From the IMG/VR virus record IMGVR_UViG_3300042508_000910: a DNA stretch of 64,000 nt; one strand, written 5' to 3'. Positions 57,897 through 64,000 of this stretch are shown piece by piece (within the stretch, counting starts at the first letter, position 1; each line of letters begins with the position of its first letter). Position numbers and translations under genes: made by a program. Under the pieces are notes generated by a model. The model did no database searches, was not told the origin of the DNA, and saw nothing but the letters and a program-made list of their open reading frames with translations. The stretch comes from a virus.

Positions 57897-58232
57897 TTAA
57901 TTTTTATCTTTGGATATGTGTTTTTGTATATAGTCGAAATTTCTATCTAGTTTATTATCTATTCTTTCTATTGCATGCTCTAAAGAGTCTTGAGTAGCAT
58001 AAGTTGTGCTAACTTTTAGTGCTAAATCAGATATTTCTTGTTGATATTTTCTGCTTTCAGCTTCAACTTCTTTTCTTAATGTTATAAAATCTGTAAATGT
58101 TTTATCATTTAACTCTTTAATTAAATTTTCTTGCTTATCAAACAATGAGAATACTCTAGTAAATAACCATCCACCCAGAAAAGAAAGGGCTCCCAAAACG
58201 ATATTAAATAGGAATATTGGATCGATATTCAC
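57897..58232 (-). CDS. N-terminal TM plus coiled-coil protein (holin/lysis-accessory-like)
   Basis: FLFNIVLGALSFLGGWLF...IDNKLDR; GTGTAA at 58241-58246. Confidence 0.6.
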   Translation of the reverse strand: MNIDPIFLFNIVLGALSFLGGWLFTRVFSLFDKQENLIKELNDKTFTDFITLRKEVEAESRKYQQEISDLALKVSTTYATQDSLEHAIERIDNKLDRNFDYIQKHISKDKN

Positions 58233-58261
58233 ACATATATTTACACTTTTTAGAATAAATA

Positions 58262-59326
58262 TTATAGCTTTAAATTATCAAAATCATCGTCAGATATGTC
58301 TGTTTTTCTTGCGCCTATTTTATATGTTGAAATTTCTGTTTCTTGTGGTGCAACTTGAACTTTGCTACTGTCGAGATAGCTATCTAACCAGCCAGCGATA
58401 GGATTATCTTTTTGATTGAATATCTTTTTATATCCTAATGATCTCAAGCGAGCATCACAAAGCCATTTTGAATATCCACCTAGAACTTCAGCATTTAAAC
58501 CTAATAGAGAGCCATTACTAAAAAGATATTCCGCCCATTCAATCTCATTCTTAGCGGCTTGTTCATAAAACGCATATATTTTATCTTCACTTTTTTTGAC
58601 TATAGAAGTAAAACCTTCTTTATCTTCTTCCTTAAGAATCTTTAGAAGATTTTGAGTAGTAGCAAAATGTAAAGCTTCATCTCTTTGAATAAACTTGATG
58701 ATTTTAGCATTTCCTTCCATTTTACCACGATATCCAAAATAGAAAGAGCAGGCGAATGAGACGTAAAATACAAGACCTTCCATTACATTAACAGAAAGAA
58801 TACAATCAAATATCTTTTGTTTTAAGTCTTTCTTATCATCATCGCCAAGAATTTTATCAAAATTATTTCTAATTAACTCGGCACGAGATACGATTTCTTT
58901 ATCTTCCATGATGCTATCGAAAAATTTACTAGCATCTGGATGTACATTATTTAATAGATATGAATAAGAGTAACTGTGAATACCCTCAAATCTTTGCCAA
59001 GTATTCATACATATTTCAAGCTCTGGATTGCTTACATAATCTTTAAGAGAATGTATACTTCTCGAAAGCATGCTATCACCAAGAGTTTGGAATTTTAGAT
59101 TAGTGTCAAATACAAATCTTTCTTGACCAGCAAGCTCTTTATAATCGCTACGATCTTTATTAAGAGCGATTTCATGAGGCCACCAGAAAAATTCTTCTTG
59201 CTTCTTAAACAATTCAAAGAAAATAGGATATTTAAAACGATCATATCTTTGAAGATTAAGATCTTCTCCAAAGAATAGAGGTTGTTTTGTATAATCTATA
59301 TTTTTTAAATTTAAAACACTTTTCAT
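58262..59326 (-). CDS. nrdB: Ribonucleotide reductase class Ia beta subunit
   Basis: FFWWPHEI, QTLGDS, FEGIHSYSY, EGLVFYVSF, RDEALH, VAPQETEISTY. Confidence 0.95.
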   Translation of the reverse strand: MKSVLNLKNIDYTKQPLFFGEDLNLQRYDRFKYPIFFELFKKQEEFFWWPHEIALNKDRSDYKELAGQERFVFDTNLKFQTLGDSMLSRSIHSLKDYVSNPELEICMNTWQRFEGIHSYSYSYLLNNVHPDASKFFDSIMEDKEIVSRAELIRNNFDKILGDDDKKDLKQKIFDCILSVNVMEGLVFYVSFACSFYFGYRGKMEGNAKIIKFIQRDEALHFATTQNLLKILKEEDKEGFTSIVKKSEDKIYAFYEQAAKNEIEWAEYLFSNGSLLGLNAEVLGGYSKWLCDARLRSLGYKKIFNQKDNPIAGWLDSYLDSSKVQVAPQETEISTYKIGARKTDISDDDFDNLKL

Positions 59327-59329
59327 AGG

Positions 59330-61591
59330 TTATAATTTACACGCTCCAGAAGAACAATCACGATCTTCTTTTTGATTCATTAATTGTTCTTTATCTCCAT
59401 CATCAGTATTATTGTAATAAAGACTGATTAAGCCTAAAGAATATGCAAGCATTATTTCTTTCATAACTTTTGCATCAGGAAGAACATTGTTTTCATAATG
59501 AGAATAGTTATAGTATACATTAGTTGATATGGCCATGTCAATGTATTTTTGAATTATAGCGTTTACTTTTAGTAGACCAGAATTATCTTTAAAATCATAA
59601 GCTAATTCATAATTACCATCATACTTTCCTACTCCTGGAACTAATACTGGAAGTTTACCCATTTTACTCATTTTATAAGTAATTAAACTACGAATAGGTT
59701 CAACTCCATTTGTTGAAGATTGAATTACGGAACTACTCTCACAAGGCATGCATGCAGAAAGAGTAGAATGTCTTAAACCAAATTCTTTTATTTCTTTTCT
59801 TAGTTTTTCCCAATCAAGAGACAATTTTCTTTTACATAATTCATCTACTTTATCTTTGTAAGTATCAATAGGTAAAATGCCTTTTGAATATTTTGTCCTA
59901 TCAAACTTCTCGCACTTACCCTTTTCTTTAGCAAGTTCTAGGCTTGACTTTAAAAGATAGTATTGAAAATGCTCCATCCACTCATCTAATACAGGCAAGC
60001 ATTTATCTGAATTATATTTTAATTCACTCTTAGCGAAAAAAGCTGCAAGATTAGTTATTCCAACACCAAGACTACGACGTTTTTTAGCAAAATTTTCAGC
60101 AGCAATATTAAAGTAATCTTGAATTTCAATGATTTCATCAAGAAATCTTACGATAAGATCGCAAGTCTTTTCAAGATCTTGCCAGTTTTTTATTTCTAAC
60201 ATATTCACTGCTGAAAGAATACACATTCCAATTTCGCCTTCTTTATCATTATAATCATTTAGTGGAATAGTTGGATGTATAACTTCTGTACAAAGATTAC
60301 TCATTGTAACTTTATCCAACCAAGCGCCATGATTGTTAGCATGGTCTACATTAAGAATATATATTCTACCAGTTTCAACTCGTTCTTTAATAATTAGAGA
60401 GAATAATTTACGAGCAGATACTTTCTTTTTAATTTTTAATTTTTTAGATTCACATTCTTTATATATCTTATCAAAATCTTTTGTACCCCAAGCTTCATAT
60501 AATTCTGGTACTTCTGCTGTATTAAATAGAGTAATTTCTTCGTCCTTAAGAACTCTATCATAGAACAACTTACTCATTCCAACTGTATAGTCTAACTTTC
60601 TTACTCTATTATCATCTGTTCCAGCATTATTCTTTAATACTACAATATCTTCTATTTCATAATGCCACCATTGTATATTGCATGTTGCACTTCCACCTCT
60701 TAACCCATTTTGTTGCCAAGCTTTTACGCTACTTTCATATATTTTTAGAAATGGAATTAAGCCAGTATGAACAACTTCACCATTCTTAATAGGCGATCCT
60801 ATAGCTCTAACTTTTGAGACATCAATACCTATTCCACAACGATTTGCTGTAGCCATACTTACTGCAGTTGCACTAGCGGTAATACTTTCTTTACTATCAT
60901 CAACACCAATTAAACAACAACTTGCGTAATTTTTAGTAGATGTCCTAACTCCTGCCATTACTGGAGTTGGTAAATTAATCTTGTGCTTGCTAATAGCATC
61001 ATAAAATTTACGAACATAATTTAAACGTGTCTCTTTTGGATAATTTATAAAAGCATAAGCAGCAATTAATACATAAGCAAATTGTGGAGTCTCATATATT
61101 AAACCGTTTGTTCTATTTTTTATTAAATATTTATCGCATAATTGTTTAATACCAGCATATGTAAAATTATAATCTCTATCGTGATCTATAAATTCGCCTA
61201 TTTTATTTAGCTCATCTTCATCATACTTTTCTAATAGTATTGAATCATAGATTTTATTTTTTATGTTATTTTGTATAAATTCTAAAAGTCTTGGAGCATG
61301 TTTACCTTTCCAAACTTCTTTTCTCAATTGATAATTTAAAAGACGACTTGCAACATATTGGTAATTTGGACTAGATATTGATATTAAATTTGCTGCACTT
61401 TCTATTAGTAGTTTATGGATTTCTTTCGTTGTAATCCCTTCATGCATATTGATATTAGCATTGATTTCTATATCTGTTAGACTTACTCCAGAGTAACCAT
61501 CTATTGCCCATTTGATTACTTTATTAATTTTTTCTATGTTAAATTTTTCAGTTGATCCATTGCGTTTTTTGACGAGTAAGTTTTTATTCAT
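59330..61591 (-). CDS. nrdA: Ribonucleotide reductase class Ia alpha subunit with ATP cone
   Basis: VKKRNG, PTPVMAG, ASCCLI, SNLCTE, MPCESSS...NGVEP, SLYY, CSSGAC. Confidence 0.97.
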   Translation of the reverse strand: MNKNLLVKKRNGSTEKFNIEKINKVIKWAIDGYSGVSLTDIEINANINMHEGITTKEIHKLLIESAANLISISSPNYQYVASRLLNYQLRKEVWKGKHAPRLLEFIQNNIKNKIYDSILLEKYDEDELNKIGEFIDHDRDYNFTYAGIKQLCDKYLIKNRTNGLIYETPQFAYVLIAAYAFINYPKETRLNYVRKFYDAISKHKINLPTPVMAGVRTSTKNYASCCLIGVDDSKESITASATAVSMATANRCGIGIDVSKVRAIGSPIKNGEVVHTGLIPFLKIYESSVKAWQQNGLRGGSATCNIQWWHYEIEDIVVLKNNAGTDDNRVRKLDYTVGMSKLFYDRVLKDEEITLFNTAEVPELYEAWGTKDFDKIYKECESKKLKIKKKVSARKLFSLIIKERVETGRIYILNVDHANNHGAWLDKVTMSNLCTEVIHPTIPLNDYNDKEGEIGMCILSAVNMLEIKNWQDLEKTCDLIVRFLDEIIEIQDYFNIAAENFAKKRRSLGVGITNLAAFFAKSELKYNSDKCLPVLDEWMEHFQYYLLKSSLELAKEKGKCEKFDRTKYSKGILPIDTYKDKVDELCKRKLSLDWEKLRKEIKEFGLRHSTLSACMPCESSSVIQSSTNGVEPIRSLITYKMSKMGKLPVLVPGVGKYDGNYELAYDFKDNSGLLKVNAIIQKYIDMAISTNVYYNYSHYENNVLPDAKVMKEIMLAYSLGLISLYYNNTDDGDKEQLMNQKEDRDCSSGACKL

Positions 61592-61697
61592 ATAGAGAAG
61601 TAAAATCTATATTACATCTTTCTTTAAGAAAAGAAAAGAAAAAAAATAAAAGTTATAAACAAAAAAACTTTTTAATTTTTTATGTGTAGAATAAAAA

Positions 61698-61703
61698 GTG
61701 TAA
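61698..61703 (+). promoter_or_regulatory. GTGTAA motif
   Basis: 9 nt before ATG at 61713. Confidence 0.6.
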
Positions 61704-61712
61704 TATATAAAA

Positions 61713-62153
61713 ATGAATTCAGCAGAAAAAATCAATAAAATTTTAGATAGTAATAATATAGAATACAGAGATGTTGTTCATAAATTTATAAATATATATG
61801 AACACAATAAGAGTACAGCATATTTTTACATGGATGAATTTGGATTAATAGGCGCTATAGATATAAATCATTATGAGTTATACGGTCTTCATAATTTTAT
61901 TAATAATTTTCCAGAAATAAATAACGTTTCTACTCAGAATAAAGAATACATTGTTCACTGTATGATAAGTAAAAATAAAGAAGTTTTAGGGAATTTAATA
62001 AAAGGATTTGTAGAAAATAAAAAACCAAATAATATTTATTTTTTTAATATTAAATCAGGTACTTATAAAAAATGGTCTTCAGATTATCTAAATAAATTAA
62101 TAAGTCTTTATGCAACAAAATCTACAAATAATTTAGATTCTACTATTTCTTAA
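61713..62153 (+). CDS. Hypothetical protein
   Basis: 146-aa ORF with its own GTGTAA motif. Confidence 0.6.
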   Translation: MNSAEKINKILDSNNIEYRDVVHKFINIYEHNKSTAYFYMDEFGLIGAIDINHYELYGLHNFINNFPEINNVSTQNKEYIVHCMISKNKEVLGNLIKGFVENKKPNNIYFFNIKSGTYKKWSSDYLNKLISLYATKSTNNLDSTIS

Positions 62154-64000
62154 TATACCAGCAATATAACTATCTACTTGATGATTAGAAGCGATTTCAA
62201 GAGTTTCTTTAATATTATCTTGATTCTTATCTACTGGACTCTCAACATAACTAGAAGCAGTTTCAATCCATTGTTCAACATTTTCATTTGCGATAATCAT
62301 CTTAGTGATATCATCAATAATAGATTTTTGCTGTTTATTTAGTCTTTTAATGTTAAACTTTTGTTTGACTAGATCTGATACATGTTCCTCTAGTTTAGAA
62401 GCAAGAGCGAAATTTTCAGATACTTTTTTAGCACTAAACTCGGCTCTAGATTGTTGACCAGTTCCAATTGGACTTACATTCTTTGTGGATTGAGGGGTAC
62501 TAGAACCAGTTGGTCTTCCAGCTTGAGGTTGGCTACCACCAATTAGTGGTGTATAATAGCCTTGATCTCTTAATTCTTTATATTTAATTTGACTCTCTAA
62601 TGAAGCTTCTGGATCTGGAAGGCGACCAGTTTCAATTGCTGTAAGACCCTCTTCTGGAGTAAGAACGCCAAGTTCAACAAGACGATTATAAACTCTAGCA
62701 TATTGAATATCATCCTTAAGGTCAATATCTTCAAAATATGGAGTAGGATAATTTTTAAATCCTAAACTTTTACTTATCCTTACGATTTCTGGAAATAAAA
62801 ATTCATTTATAAATGCTTCACGAGCTTGTTTTAGTCTTTCTATAAAGACTTGGACCTTAATACTCTGATTAGCAAATTTTTCATCACCAATAAGAATATT
62901 GTTTAGACCAATTTGAATATCGCGATCAATTACTTCATACTTTTTAGGGTCAAGAAGATCAGCGATTGCAGGAATAACAAACTCTGCTTTTGTTGTATAA
63001 TCTGCAATTAATACTCTACCAACACTTTCATTTTGGAATAAAGTTTGCATTGCTTCAAGATTTTTTTGATTAACGCCACCTTTATCTGGATCTGTTCCCA
63101 TTGTAACAAGAAGAATAGCTTGTTGAGTAGTTCTTGTAACTGCCATATCCATTTTACGCATCTCTGCTTTAGCATTTATATCTTCAAGGACAGGATATCC
63201 CATTGGTACAGAAAATGGCTCGTAATCTTGCTTCTTATAAAAAACTGCAACAAGTCTAGCTGTATCTAATGGCATTACTGCACTATTAGTTTTCTTTTTT
63301 ATATTTTCTTTTACATCATCAGGAAGAGCATCATAAACTTCTTGATCTTCTTGAGTTCTTGGATTCCTTAATCTTTCTAATTCATAATCGCTAAGAACTT
63401 TATAAAACTTATTAGAAACAAAACTTATATTCCCACCAATTTGGATATCAGCAGGATTAATAATTATGTAACGAGCAGGAAGAATAACAGAAGCTGCTTT
63501 GCTTACTCCAAATGTCTGAGTAATTTTAATTAAATCATCTTCTTTAATATTAGTATCAAAACGATATATAAATACATTACCAGAGCGATAGTATTCACGG
63601 AAAAACTTATCTTGAAAACTCCAAAGATTAATTTTATCAAATAGTGCTTCAAAGAAGTCTCTGCTCTTTTGACTACCGCCCTTAAAGTAGATTTTACTAG
63701 AACTAAATTCAGTCATAAGATCAATTGTATTTCTGAATATAGCAAAATTATAATAGCATTTTTGACAAAGAATAACTGCATCTCTAACATCCATGTTAGA
63801 TGCACTATAGATATTTGTTGTTGATCTATTAAATGGAATTAGTCCATTAGAGATATTAGCATATTTATCAGTACGCTCTATTGTTCCAGCTCTATTTCTG
63901 CGAGCTTTATCACTACTAGCCTTAATCTCTTTAAATCCAGAACCCGCCATAAGGGGTTCAGTACTAGTTGTAAAGTTAGTCAATTTTGGGTTATTTTCGT
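62133..64000 (-). CDS. Portal protein, 5'-truncated by window edge
   Basis: IFRNTIDLMTEF, REYYRSGNVF, INPADI, ILLVTMG, VLIADYT; frame stays open upstream of TTG 63983 to the window end. Confidence 0.75.
   Translation of the reverse strand, partial: ENNPKLTNFTTSTEPLMAGSGFKEIKASSDKARRNRAGTIERTDKYANISNGLIPFNRSTTNIYSASNMDVRDAVILCQKCYYNFAIFRNTIDLMTEFSSSKIYFKGGSQKSRDFFEALFDKINLWSFQDKFFREYYRSGNVFIYRFDTNIKEDDLIKITQTFGVSKAASVILPARYIIINPADIQIGGNISFVSNKFYKVLSDYELERLRNPRTQEDQEVYDALPDDVKENIKKKTNSAVMPLDTARLVAVFYKKQDYEPFSVPMGYPVLEDINAKAEMRKMDMAVTRTTQQAILLVTMGTDPDKGGVNQKNLEAMQTLFQNESVGRVLIADYTTKAEFVIPAIADLLDPKKYEVIDRDIQIGLNNILIGDEKFANQSIKVQVFIERLKQAREAFINEFLFPEIVRISKSLGFKNYPTPYFEDIDLKDDIQYARVYNRLVELGVLTPEEGLTAIETGRLPDPEASLESQIKYKELRDQGYYTPLIGGSQPQAGRPTGSSTPQSTKNVSPIGTGQQSRAEFSAKKVSENFALASKLEEHVSDLVKQKFNIKRLNKQQKSIIDDITKMIIANENVEQWIETASSYVESPVDKNQDNIKETLEIASNHQVDSYIAGILRNSRI

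Noticed and set aside
61618-61697. A/T-tract with imperfect inverted repeat as replication origin or terminator
   Set aside because: Low complexity in an AT-rich genome, no iterons; more simply the spacer between divergent promoters
1949-63269. Short antisense or alternate-frame ORFs in the track (e.g. 1949, 5332, 8909, 15138, 20927, 30005, 32427, 46232, 54106, 57632, 60333, 63045)
   Set aside because: Nested within well-supported genes, with no motifs or expression signals
1-64000. Stop-codon reassignment
   Set aside because: TAA, TAG and TGA all end genes cleanly and conserved enzymes are full length in code 11

Overview
A 64 kb, very AT-rich segment of a large tailed dsDNA bacteriophage using the standard genetic code, with no integrase or CRISPR array seen. 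Left to right: (1) a lambda/T5-like tail-tip module, with gpL and gpM on the minus strand and, diverging from them, three paralogous tail-tube-like genes, an IPT/Ig protein and a 2916-aa adhesin/fibre; (2) a minus-strand replication/recombination block with a putative SSAP, a Whirly-like SSB, a DNA polymerase III alpha split into PHP, exonuclease and core genes, an AddB/Cas4-like nuclease, primase, ThyX, DnaB and RecA; (3) an approx. 15 kb nucleotide-sugar/glycosyltransferase cluster (Gmd, ColD-type dehydratase, C-methyltransferase, RmlD-like, epimerases), with about 11 putative glycosyltransferases in the whole window; (4) small head-associated, decoration and membrane proteins; (5) a tmRNA with a long basic tag, next to an unannotated approx. 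300-nt pseudoknotted RNA behind a sigma70-type promoter; (6) class Ia RNR (nrdAB) and a 5'-truncated portal. Two promoter classes can be read from the sequence: TTGACA-N17-TATAAT-like and a phage-specific GTGTAA motif, both mostly placed for leaderless mRNAs. Best candidates for an undescribed system are the structured RNA at about 57025-57330 and a putative virion O-glycosylation system that pairs the rare-sugar/GT cluster with strong [S/T]-G enrichment in structural proteins. All family assignments come from motif recognition by eye, not from database searches.
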